Origin: an uncultured Rhizobium sp.
GTDB taxonomy: Bacteria; Pseudomonadota; Alphaproteobacteria; SMXQ01
Length of the DNA stretch: 64,000 bases
NCBI GenBank assembly: GCA_964628235.1
Contig: CAZVLU010000009.1
Span: 17,473 to 81,472, forward strand
Direction of reading: 5' to 3'
The translations under genes and the position numbers were made by a program. The notes below the pieces were generated by a model. The model was not told the DNA's origin. It was given only the letters and a program-made list of their open reading frames with translations, and did not search any database. The first letter of the stretch is position 1; every line of letters starts with the position of its first letter. Below are positions 29,092 through 37,713 of this stretch, one piece after another.

Positions 29092-29996
29092 GGCCTTATC
29101 CCCTGTTGTCCGCCGAATTCGATCATGTCGCCCGACGCGGCTCCGCCGACCCAACGGCGCAGGCCGGCGACCAGCGCGAGATAGTCCGGCTCGTCCGGGC
29201 CGATCAAGCCTTCGCGGATGAGAAAATCGATGATGACGAGGTTGCAATTGAACTTGAAGTCGAAGCTGCCGCGCACCGTTTGCAGCACGCGCCCGATCGG
29301 CCATAGCTCGAAGCCGGCGCTTTCGCCGTCATTCGGCTTGGGCGTGAAATCCGCCGGCAGCTCCAGATCGTAGACAAACAAGATATCAGGGCGCAGGCCG
29401 CCGTCGCGCTCGCAGCAATAGGTGATGGCGCTGGCAGGCCGCGCGCCCGTCGCGATATTCGGCGGAATGCTTGCTTCCTCGCCGGCTTCTTTCACCAGCG
29501 TATCGAACACGCCATGCCCGAAGGAGATGCCGCCGGCGCAGAGATTGTCCAACTCGTTGGGATAGGTCGCCTTCACGGCGCTGCGCCGCGACACCCACAT
29601 GCTGAGGTTTTGACCGTCACGCACGATGCCGTTGAGATGCACGCCGAGTGAGGTGACGCCGAATTTCGGCGCGGCAGCGCGCTCGACCTTGAACAAGGGC
29701 GCTGCGCCGAAGCGTGGCGCCACGGCGTAGTACTCGTCGCGCCAGGCCGTTATCGTGCCGTCGGCGCGCAAGGCATCGGTCACGGTCTTCATCGCCGCCG
29801 TGCGCGCGTCGAAGTCGGCAAGCGTCTCGCGCAGGGCGATGGCGTCAGGCGTGATCGTGAAGACGTCGGCAAAGGCCTTGAGGCGGACGGCGAAGCTGCG
29901 CGCGACCCAGCCGACGCGCTGCCCCGCCGCCGAGAACGGCAGATAGCGCTCGGGATCGTGGTCGTTGCAGACGCGGATATGATCGAGAAACGTCAT
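29088..29996 (-). CDS. NUDIX hydrolase with N-terminal DUF4743-like domain
   Basis: 302 aa. NUDIX-fold region; family assignment from overall similarity only. Confidence 0.55.
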   Translation of the reverse strand: MTFLDHIRVCNDHDPERYLPFSAAGQRVGWVARSFAVRLKAFADVFTITPDAIALRETLADFDARTAAMKTVTDALRADGTITAWRDEYYAVAPRFGAAPLFKVERAAAPKFGVTSLGVHLNGIVRDGQNLSMWVSRRSAVKATYPNELDNLCAGGISFGHGVFDTLVKEAGEEASIPPNIATGARPASAITYCCERDGGLRPDILFVYDLELPADFTPKPNDGESAGFELWPIGRVLQTVRGSFDFKFNCNLVIIDFLIREGLIGPDEPDYLALVAGLRRWVGGAASGDMIEFGGQQGIRP

Positions 29997-30182
29997 GGTG
30001 CTCTTGCTTGGTTCCTGTCTCGCTTAACCGGTGCCTCGCCTTGACGCAAGCGCCACGCAGCGCCAGAGTGCCCAGCTTAATAAAAAAGCGCCTGAGCAGG
30101 GACAGAGCGGCGTAAAATCCTTATCCACCATTGATGATCCGCACCATATCCGCCCCCATCGGTTCCGTTTTTCGACAGCGCC

Positions 30183-31889
30183 ATGACCCTTTCCGCCGCC
30201 AGCGAACAATCTGCCGAAGCTGCCGTGGCCCTGCCCGCCGCGCGCTTGATGCCGCTGTGCGACAGCGCGCTCGCCGCAGCGCGCGCCTATGGCGAAGCGG
30301 CGCACCAGTCGGTCGCCGCTATGGTCGCGCCCAGCGGAAAGATCGATAGCGCAAAACTCGATCGCCACCAGTTCGCCGCCCATGCGCTCGCCTGGACAGC
30401 GACTTATGTCGAAGCGCTGGCGCAAATGCTCGCCTGGGCGCAGCGGCTCGACGAGAACGGCAAGTTCGACGAGTTGGAACGCCTCATTCTGCAAGCGGCT
30501 TACGGCGAATATCTCGCCCAGCTTGCCGGCGGCATCGCGCTCAGCCAAGGCGAGATCGCCCGCCACGGCGACATGGGCTTGCCGCATGACGCATTGCGCG
30601 CGCTGTTCGTGCCGGCCGTCAGCGCATTGATCGTCGCCGGCAACACGGCGGCGGCGCGCCAGCGTCTCGCCGAACTGGTCGGCGACAGCCGCTTCGGCGA
30701 CGGCGGGCTCGGCGACGAGACGCTCGAAGCCGTGCAGAGCGAATTTCACCGTTTCACCGAACAGGCCATCGCGCCCGACGCGCATGGCTGGCATCTCAAG
30801 AACGAGCTGATCCCGCTCGAAGTCGTCAACAAGCTCGCCGAGCTTGGCGTCTTCGGGCTCACCGTGCCGGAAGAATATGGCGGCCTGGCGATGAACCGCA
30901 TCGCGCTCTGCGTCGTCACCGAGGAGCTGAGTCGCGGCTATATCGGCGTCGGCTCGCTCGGCACGCGCTCGGAGATCGCCGGCGAATTGATCCGCCTCGG
31001 CGGCACCGAAGCGCAAAAGCAGAAATACCTGCCGAAGATCGCCAGCGGCGAACTGTTGCCCACCGCCGTCTTCACCGAACCCAACACCGGTTCCGACCTC
31101 GGCGCCTTGCGCACCCGCGCTGTGCGGGCGAAACGCGACGGCCAGGATGTCTATCTCATCACCGGCAACAAGACCTGGATCACCCACGCGGCGCGCTCCG
31201 ACATGATGACGCTGCTGGCGCGCACCGATCCCAATGAGGCCGGCTGGAAAGGCCTCTCGATGTTCCTCGCGGAAAAGCCGCGCGGCAGCGACGACAACCC
31301 GTTCCCCGCCCCCGGCATGAGCGGCGGCGAGATCGAAGTGCTCGGCTATCGCGGCATGAAGGAATATGAGCTGGCCTTCGACGAATTCGTCGTGCCGGCG
31401 GAAAATCTGCTCGGCGGCGTCGAGGGCCAGGGCTTCAAGCAGTTGATGCAGACCTTCGAGGTGGCGCGCATCCAGACTGCGGCGCGCGCCGTCGGCGTGG
31501 CGCAGAACGCCATGGAGTTGGCGCTATCTTACGCGCAAGGGCGCAAGCAATTCGGCAAGGCCATCGCCGAATTCCCCCGCGTCGCCGGCAAGATCGCCTG
31601 GATGGCGGTCGAGACCATGATCGCCCGCCAACTCGCCTATTTCGCCGCGCGCGAGAAGGATTCCGAGCGGCGCTGCGACCGCGAGGCCGGCATGGCGAAG
31701 CTGCTCGCCGCCCGCGTCGCCTGGTCGAACGCCGACAATGCCTTGCAAATTCATGGCGGCAACGGCTATGCCCTCGAATATCAAATCAGCCGCGTGCTGT
31801 GCGATGCGCGCATCCTCAATATTTTCGAAGGAGCGGCGGAGATCCAAGCGCAAGTGATCGCCCGCGGCATCCTCGACGGCAGGAACTAG
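30183..31889 (+). CDS. Acyl-CoA dehydrogenase family protein with ~190-aa N-terminal extension
   Basis: ACAD core (TEPNTGSDLGALRT...GNKTWITHA...; C-terminal ...IHGGNGYALEYQISRVLCDARILNIFEGAAEIQ). Confidence 0.8.
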   Translation: MTLSAASEQSAEAAVALPAARLMPLCDSALAAARAYGEAAHQSVAAMVAPSGKIDSAKLDRHQFAAHALAWTATYVEALAQMLAWAQRLDENGKFDELERLILQAAYGEYLAQLAGGIALSQGEIARHGDMGLPHDALRALFVPAVSALIVAGNTAAARQRLAELVGDSRFGDGGLGDETLEAVQSEFHRFTEQAIAPDAHGWHLKNELIPLEVVNKLAELGVFGLTVPEEYGGLAMNRIALCVVTEELSRGYIGVGSLGTRSEIAGELIRLGGTEAQKQKYLPKIASGELLPTAVFTEPNTGSDLGALRTRAVRAKRDGQDVYLITGNKTWITHAARSDMMTLLARTDPNEAGWKGLSMFLAEKPRGSDDNPFPAPGMSGGEIEVLGYRGMKEYELAFDEFVVPAENLLGGVEGQGFKQLMQTFEVARIQTAARAVGVAQNAMELALSYAQGRKQFGKAIAEFPRVAGKIAWMAVETMIARQLAYFAAREKDSERRCDREAGMAKLLAARVAWSNADNALQIHGGNGYALEYQISRVLCDARILNIFEGAAEIQAQVIARGILDGRN

Positions 31890-31891
31890 AT

Positions 31892-32098
31892 ATGACGGAC
31901 GGAATGAACATCACCTTCGTGGTGATGATCGGCATCGCCGCTTTCGCCACTCTCGCGGTGGTGGTGATCGGCGTCGTCAATATGGCGCGCAAGGGCCACG
32001 ACCCGCGCACTTCGAACAAGCTGATGCGCTGGCGCATCCTGCTGCAAGCGCTCGCCATCCTGCTCATCATCGGCTTCGTCCTGATCGCGAAACGCTGA
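31892..32098 (+). CDS. Twin transmembrane helix small protein (~68 aa)
   Basis: MTDGMNITFVVMIGIAAFATLAVVVIGVVNMARKG...LLQALAILLIIGFVLIAKR. Two TM helices. Coupled to neighbours (TGATG overlap with next gene). Confidence 0.6.
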   Translation: MTDGMNITFVVMIGIAAFATLAVVVIGVVNMARKGHDPRTSNKLMRWRILLQALAILLIIGFVLIAKR

Positions 32099-32661
32099 TG
32101 GTCAAGCTCACCAAGATCTACACGCGCGGCGGAGATGCGGGCGAAACCTCGCTCGGCGACGGCGCGCGCCGGCCAAAGCACGACCTGCGCGTCGCCGCCA
32201 TGGGCACCGTCGATGAAGCCAACGCCGCCATCGGCCTCGTCCGGCTGCACACGACTCATGAGTTCGACGCCATGCTGGCGCGCATCCAGAACGACCTGTT
32301 CGATCTCGGCGCCGATCTCTGCGTGCCGGAAGGCGCGGAACGGCGGAACGGCGAGTTGCGCATCGTCCAAGCGCAGATCGACCGGCTGGAGCGCGAGATC
32401 GACGCGATGAACGCCAAGCTGAAGCCGCTCGACTCCTTCGTGCTGCCCGGCGGCAGCCCGGCCGCCGCCCATCTGCATCTGGCGCGCACCATCACGCGCC
32501 GCGCCGAACGGCTGATGACCGATCTGGCGGCGCGCGAAACGGTCAATCCGCTCGCCATCGCCTACATCAATCGGCTGTCGGACCATCTCTTCGTCTTGGC
32601 TCGCGCCTGCAACGACGATGGCGCCACGGATGTCCTATGGAAGCCCGGCGCGAACCGCTAA
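32098..32661 (+). CDS. PduO-type ATP:cob(I)alamin adenosyltransferase
   Basis: KIYTRGGDAGETSL...AAMGTVDEANAAIGL...DLGADL is the PduO-type ATR signature. Confidence 0.85.
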   Translation: MVKLTKIYTRGGDAGETSLGDGARRPKHDLRVAAMGTVDEANAAIGLVRLHTTHEFDAMLARIQNDLFDLGADLCVPEGAERRNGELRIVQAQIDRLEREIDAMNAKLKPLDSFVLPGGSPAAAHLHLARTITRRAERLMTDLAARETVNPLAIAYINRLSDHLFVLARACNDDGATDVLWKPGANR

Positions 32662-32808
32662 GCGCATAAAAACTCTCATCATTTCGCATTACGGGCGATT
32701 CCCTCGCCGATCTAGCCCCTTGCCAGCCCCCTGCGGATAGTGGTTATGTTGCGCCGCAACATAACCCGGCGCGCCGTTCGGCCGCGCCGCACCATTCAGA
32801 GGGCATCC

Positions 32809-33681
32809 ATGATCGAGAAAGTCGGCGTCATCGGCGCAGGGCAGATGGGCAGCGGCATCGCGCATGTCATGGCGCAAACCGGCATCGACGTGACGATGGT
32901 CGACGTCAATCCGCAGCAGCTCGAAAAAGCGCTGGCGACGATCCGCAAGAACATGGACCGCCAGGTCGCCAAGGGCGTCATCCAGGCCGCCGACGTCGAC
33001 GCCGCGCTCGCCCGCATCAAGACCAGCACCGCGATGGCCGATCTCGGCGACCGCGACCTGGTGATCGAAGCCGCGACCGAGAACGAGAAGGTCAAGGTCG
33101 CCATCTTCAAGGACCTGGTGCCGCATCTCAAGGCCGACGCCATGATCGCGTCGAACACCTCGTCGATCTCGATCACCCGCCTCGCCGCCGCCACCGACCG
33201 GCCCGACAAGTTCATCGGCATGCATTTCATGAATCCGGTGCCGATCATGAAGCTGGTCGAGGTCATCCCCGGCATCGCCACGGCGAAGACGACGCTGGAG
33301 AGCGTGCGCAACCTCGCCGAAAAGGTCGGCAAAACGCCGGTCAGCTCCGAAGATTATCCCGCCTTCATCGTCAACCGCATCCTGTTGCCGATGATCAACG
33401 AAGCGGTTTACGCGCTCTATGAAGGCGTCGGCACCGTCTCCGCCATCGACACGGCGATGAAGCTCGGCGCCAACCATCCGATGGGCCCGCTCGAATTGGC
33501 CGACTTCATCGGCCTCGATACCTGCCTCAGCATCATGCAGGTGCTCTACGAGGGCCTCGCCGACAGCAAATACCGGCCGTGCCCGCTGCTGGTGAAGTAC
33601 GTTGAAGCCGGCTGGCTCGGCCGCAAGTCGGGCAAGGGCTTCTACGATTATTCCGGCGAGAAGCCCGTCCCGACGCGTTAG
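32809..33681 (+). CDS. hbd: 3-hydroxybutyryl-CoA / 3-hydroxyacyl-CoA dehydrogenase
   Basis: Rossmann [30 protein letters not shown]-terminal dimerisation domain. Start trimmed to ATG 32809. Confidence 0.85.
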   Translation: MIEKVGVIGAGQMGSGIAHVMAQTGIDVTMVDVNPQQLEKALATIRKNMDRQVAKGVIQAADVDAALARIKTSTAMADLGDRDLVIEAATENEKVKVAIFKDLVPHLKADAMIASNTSSISITRLAAATDRPDKFIGMHFMNPVPIMKLVEVIPGIATAKTTLESVRNLAEKVGKTPVSSEDYPAFIVNRILLPMINEAVYALYEGVGTVSAIDTAMKLGANHPMGPLELADFIGLDTCLSIMQVLYEGLADSKYRPCPLLVKYVEAGWLGRKSGKGFYDYSGEKPVPTR

Positions 33682-33691
33682 AGCCAGCGCG

Positions 33692-34117
33692 CTAAATCTC
33701 CGTCGCGGGATTCATCATCTCGTCATAGCCGCGCCCGCGCATCTCGAGCAGGCAGAAGCCATTGCCGAAGGGATCGGCCATGTTGGCCATGCGGCCCCAG
33801 GGCCGTTCGACGATGTCGCGGTCGAGCGTCGCGCCGGCGAGCCTGGCGCGAGTCACAGCCTCGTCGAGATCGTCGACGACGAAATCGAGATGCACCGGCG
33901 TCCAATGCCGGTCGTAATCGCGCAGCATATGGGCATCGGGACAGGGCACGCTGCCGGCGGGATTAGCCAATAGATCGATCGGCGAGGTCGCGCCGAGCAA
34001 TTCGCACCAGTCGGCGTCGAGCCGGCGTCCGACCGTCAGCTCGAACGCCGTGGTGTAGAAGGCGATGCCCGCCTCCAGGTCGCGCACGTCGATGCAGGTC
34101 CGGATGGCGATGGTCAT
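33692..34117 (-). CDS. VOC (glyoxalase/bleomycin-resistance) family protein
   Basis: 141 aa with paired beta-alpha-beta-beta-beta modules (AFYTTAFELTV...DPFGNGFCLLE). Confidence 0.68.
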   Translation of the reverse strand: MTIAIRTCIDVRDLEAGIAFYTTAFELTVGRRLDADWCELLGATSPIDLLANPAGSVPCPDAHMLRDYDRHWTPVHLDFVVDDLDEAVTRARLAGATLDRDIVERPWGRMANMADPFGNGFCLLEMRGRGYDEMMNPATEI

Positions 34118-34139
34118 CGGGCCTCTCCCCGCTGGATGG

Positions 34140-34760
34140 TTATTGGGCGAGCGCCGCCTTGATCAAAGCCTTGGCGGCGTCGCTGTCCCAGGCGGCGGGA
34201 CCCGACAGGCGGCCCAGCTCGCGCCCGTTGCGGTCGATCAGAATCGTCACCGGCAGTTCGCGGATGGCGAAGGCGCGGCCGGCCTCGCCGCGTGAATCGA
34301 ACCGCATGGCGAGCGCGCGCAGGTCCAGTTTCTTATAAAACGGCTCGACCACGGCGAGGCCCGTGCGGTCCTGCGACAGCGCCAGCACGGTCAAACCGTC
34401 CGACTTCAAAGCCGCCTGCAAGCGATCGAGCGCCGCCATCTCGGCAACGCAGGGCGCGCACCAGGTGGCCCAGAAATTGATCAAAACCACCTCGCCCTGC
34501 AGACCGGAAAGTTGCAACCGGCGGCCTTTTTCATCGAGAAAGGCCACGTCGGGCGCTGGCTGGGGCGGCATCGCCGGGCTAAAGTCCTGAAATTCGCCGC
34601 GAAATGCCGGCAAGGCGATCCGTTCCGGGGTTGATCCGAGCTCCGATTTGCCCGATACCAGCAGCGCGCCGACGCCGACGGCGGCGACGACAAACACCGC
34701 CGCCGCGAACGTCGCCAGCATCAGTCTGTTTCGCCGCCAACCGCCAGATTTCGCCGTCAT
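34140..34760 (-). CDS. TlpA-family thiol:disulfide interchange protein (thioredoxin-like, membrane-anchored)
   Basis: N-terminal TM anchor, active site [14 protein letters not shown]. Start trimmed to ATG 34760. Confidence 0.75.
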   Translation of the reverse strand: MTAKSGGWRRNRLMLATFAAAVFVVAAVGVGALLVSGKSELGSTPERIALPAFRGEFQDFSPAMPPQPAPDVAFLDEKGRRLQLSGLQGEVVLINFWATWCAPCVAEMAALDRLQAALKSDGLTVLALSQDRTGLAVVEPFYKKLDLRALAMRFDSRGEAGRAFAIRELPVTILIDRNGRELGRLSGPAAWDSDAAKALIKAALAQ

Positions 34761-34806
34761 GAAACGCCCAGTCAAAAAAAACGCCGCCAAGAAGAACGCC
34801 AACACG

Positions 34807-36180
34807 ATGTGGGGCGGCCGTTTCGAGACCGGCCCCGACACGCTGATGGCGCGCATCAACGCGTCCATCGACTTCGACAAGCGGCTCTATGCCCAAGACA
34901 TCGCCGCCTCGATCGCGCACGCCCGGATGCTGGGCCAGCAGCGCATCATCGCGGCCAAAGACGTCGCCGCCATCGTGAACGGCCTGCAGAAGATACTGCA
35001 ACAGATCGAAAGCGGCGAGTTCGAATTCAAGACCGAGCTGGAGGACATCCATCTCAACGTCGAGAAGCGCCTGACCGACATGATCGGCGCCGCCGGCGGC
35101 CGCCTGCACACCGGGCGCTCGCGCAACGACCAGGTGGCGACCGATTTCCGCCTTTGGGTGCGCGACTGCATCGACGCCACCGACCGCGCGCTGCAAGCGC
35201 TGCAAGCGGCGCTGATCGGCAAAGCCGAAGCACATGCCGCGACCGTGATGCCGGGCTTCACCCATCTGCAGAGCGCCCAGCCGGTGACCTTCGGCCACCA
35301 TATGCTCGCCTATGTCGAGATGATCGGTCGCGACCGCGGACGCTTTGGCGATGCCCGCGCCCGCGTCAACGAATCGCCGCTCGGCGCCGCGGCGCTGGCC
35401 GGCACCTCCTTTCCCATCGACCGCGAAGCGACGGCCAAGGCGCTCGGCTTCGCCAGGCCGCTCGCCAATTCGATGGACGCCGTCTCGGCGCGCGACTTCG
35501 CGCTCGAATTCCTCGCGGCCTCGGCGATTTGCGCGACGCATCTGTCGCGCTTGGCCGAAGAGCTGGTGATCTGGTCGTCGCCGCAATTCGCTTTCGTGAA
35601 ACTGTCGGACGGCTTCACCACCGGCTCGTCGATCATGCCGCAAAAGCGCAACCCGGACGCCGCCGAACTGATCCGCGCCAAGACCGGCCGCATCGCCGGC
35701 GCGCTGGTCGGCCTGCTCACGGTGATGAAGGGCCTGCCGCTCGCCTACAGCAAAGACATGCAGGAAGACAAAGAGCCGCTGTTCGACGCCGCCGATTCGC
35801 TGTCGCTGTCGATCCACGCCATGACCGGCATGATGGGTTCGCTGACCGTCAACGAAGCGCGGCTGCGCGCGGCGGCCTCCGCCGGCTTCTCGACGGCGAC
35901 CGATTTGGCCGATTGGCTGGTGCGCGAGGCCGGCCTGCCGTTCCGCGACGCCCATCACGTCACCGGCGGCTTGGTGAAGCTCGCCGAATCGAAGAACTGC
36001 GAACTGGCCGATCTATCGTTGAAAGAGATGCAGGCCGCAGATTCGCGCATCACTAAGAGCGTTTACGGCGTCCTGTCGGTCGACAAATCGGTGGCGAGCC
36101 GCACCAGCTTGGGCGGCACCGCGCCGTCGCGCGTGCGCGCCGCCGCCAAGGCCGCGCGCAAACGCTTTTTGAAGGGCTGA
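34807..36180 (+). CDS. argH: Argininosuccinate lyase
   Basis: [11 protein letters not shown]... fumarate lyase signature [12 protein letters not shown]. 457 aa. The upstream in-frame ATG at 34759 would collide with the tlpA start, so 34807 is used. Confidence 0.9.
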   Translation: MWGGRFETGPDTLMARINASIDFDKRLYAQDIAASIAHARMLGQQRIIAAKDVAAIVNGLQKILQQIESGEFEFKTELEDIHLNVEKRLTDMIGAAGGRLHTGRSRNDQVATDFRLWVRDCIDATDRALQALQAALIGKAEAHAATVMPGFTHLQSAQPVTFGHHMLAYVEMIGRDRGRFGDARARVNESPLGAAALAGTSFPIDREATAKALGFARPLANSMDAVSARDFALEFLAASAICATHLSRLAEELVIWSSPQFAFVKLSDGFTTGSSIMPQKRNPDAAELIRAKTGRIAGALVGLLTVMKGLPLAYSKDMQEDKEPLFDAADSLSLSIHAMTGMMGSLTVNEARLRAAASAGFSTATDLADWLVREAGLPFRDAHHVTGGLVKLAESKNCELADLSLKEMQAADSRITKSVYGVLSVDKSVASRTSLGGTAPSRVRAAAKAARKRFLKG

Positions 36181-36182
36181 TC

Positions 36183-36323
36183 ATGCATAAGCTCCTGCGC
36201 GCCCTCGCGCTTCTCGTCCTCGTCGCAGCTCTCGCCGCGCCGCTCGCCGCCTGCGGCAAAAAAGGCCCGCCGACCGCGCCAGACGAGAACAGCGACTATC
36301 CGCGCACTTATCCCAGGCGTTGA
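36183..36323 (+). CDS. Small lipoprotein between argH and lysA (LptM/YifL-like)
   Basis: 46 aa, MHKLLRALALLVLVAALAAPLAACGKKGPPTAPDEN... Lipobox LAAC followed by GKKGPP. Not in the ORF track because it is under 60 aa. Confidence 0.5.
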   Translation: MHKLLRALALLVLVAALAAPLAACGKKGPPTAPDENSDYPRTYPRR

Positions 36324-36330
36324 TCGGGCG

Positions 36331-37596
36331 ATGACCGCATTCGCTTATCAGAACGGCGCGCTCGCCTGCGAAAGCGTGCCGCTGGCCAAGATCGCCGCAG
36401 CCGTCGGCACGCCGGTCTATGTTTATTCGAGCGCCGCGCTCGAAGCGCAGTACCGCGCTTTCGCCGACGCTTTCGCCGGCCAGCCGGCGCGCATCTGCTT
36501 CGCCGTGAAGGCCAATTCCAACCAGGCCGTGATCCGCACGTTTGCCGCATTGGGCGGCGGCGCGGACGTCCTATCGGAAGGCGAACTGCGCCGCGCGCTG
36601 GCCGCCGGCGTGCCGCCCGAGCAGGTCGTGTTCTCCGGCGTCGGCAAGTCGCGCGACGAGATGGCCTTCGCGCTCAATGCCGGCATCGGCCAGTTCAATG
36701 TCGAATCGCTGCCCGAGTTGCGCCAATTGAGCGACGTGGCGACGCGCCTCAACAAAACCGCCGCCATCGCCATCCGGGTGAACCCGGACGTCGACGCCAA
36801 GACACACGCCAAGATCACCACCGGCAAAAAAGAAAACAAGTTCGGCATCGATTACGATGTCGCGCCCGCCGTCTATGGCGAAGCCGCCAAGCTGCCGGGC
36901 ATTCAAGCGCTCGGCATCGCCGTGCATATCGGCTCGCAGCTTTTGGATCTCACGCCGTTCCGCGACGCCTTTCTGCTGATCGCCGATCTGGCGACTCGGC
37001 TGCGCGCCGAGGGCCATGACATCCGCCGCCTTGACCTCGGCGGCGGCCTTGGCATTTCCTATCGCGACGAAACGCCGCCGCCGCCCGCCGCTTATGCGGC
37101 GGTCGTGAAGGAAACCGTCGGCCACATCGGTTGCGAATTGACCTTCGAGCCCGGTCGCCTGCTCGTCGGCAATGCCGGCGTGATGGTCTCGCGCGTGCTC
37201 TATGTCAAGGACGGCTCGGATCGCCGCTTCGTCATCGTCGATGCTGCCATGAACGATCTGATGCGTCCGGCGCTCTATGACGCCTGGCACGACATCCGCC
37301 CGCTCGCCGAGCCGGCCAAAGGCGCGAAAAGCGCGCCGGTCGATGTCGTCGGCCCGGTCTGCGAGACCACCGACATTTTCGCCAAGGACCGCGTCCTGCC
37401 GCCGCTCGGGGCAGACGATCTCGTCGCCTTCGGCTCGGCTGGCGCCTATGGCGCGGTGATGGCATCGGACTACAACAGCCGTCCGCTGGTGCCCGAAGTC
37501 CTGGTCAAAGGCGCTGAATACGCCGTGATCCGCCCGCGCCAGAGCTACGATGACATGCTCGGGCGCGACCATCTGCCCCCGTGGCAGGACAAATAG
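36331..37596 (+). CDS. lysA: Diaminopimelate decarboxylase
   Basis: PLP-fold residues FAVKANSN, GGGLGI, EPGRLLVGNAG. 421 aa. Confidence 0.9.
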   Translation: MTAFAYQNGALACESVPLAKIAAAVGTPVYVYSSAALEAQYRAFADAFAGQPARICFAVKANSNQAVIRTFAALGGGADVLSEGELRRALAAGVPPEQVVFSGVGKSRDEMAFALNAGIGQFNVESLPELRQLSDVATRLNKTAAIAIRVNPDVDAKTHAKITTGKKENKFGIDYDVAPAVYGEAAKLPGIQALGIAVHIGSQLLDLTPFRDAFLLIADLATRLRAEGHDIRRLDLGGGLGISYRDETPPPPAAYAAVVKETVGHIGCELTFEPGRLLVGNAGVMVSRVLYVKDGSDRRFVIVDAAMNDLMRPALYDAWHDIRPLAEPAKGAKSAPVDVVGPVCETTDIFAKDRVLPPLGADDLVAFGSAGAYGAVMASDYNSRPLVPEVLVKGAEYAVIRPRQSYDDMLGRDHLPPWQDK

Positions 37597-37713
37597 TCCG
37601 ACCGGCCAATAGCTTGCCCAAAATTTGGCAATCTGCGCAGAGCTAACGCAGCGGTGATCAGCCATGCTCGAATCGCCGGTGCGGTTCCGGCCAAAGCATG
37701 GCATCGTTCCAAG

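Noticed and set aside
34648-34806. Longer argH N-terminus from ATG 34759 ([20 protein letters not shown])
   Set aside because: Would make divergent start codons of argH and tlpA overlap on opposite strands. Canonical ArgH begins at MWGGRF (34807).
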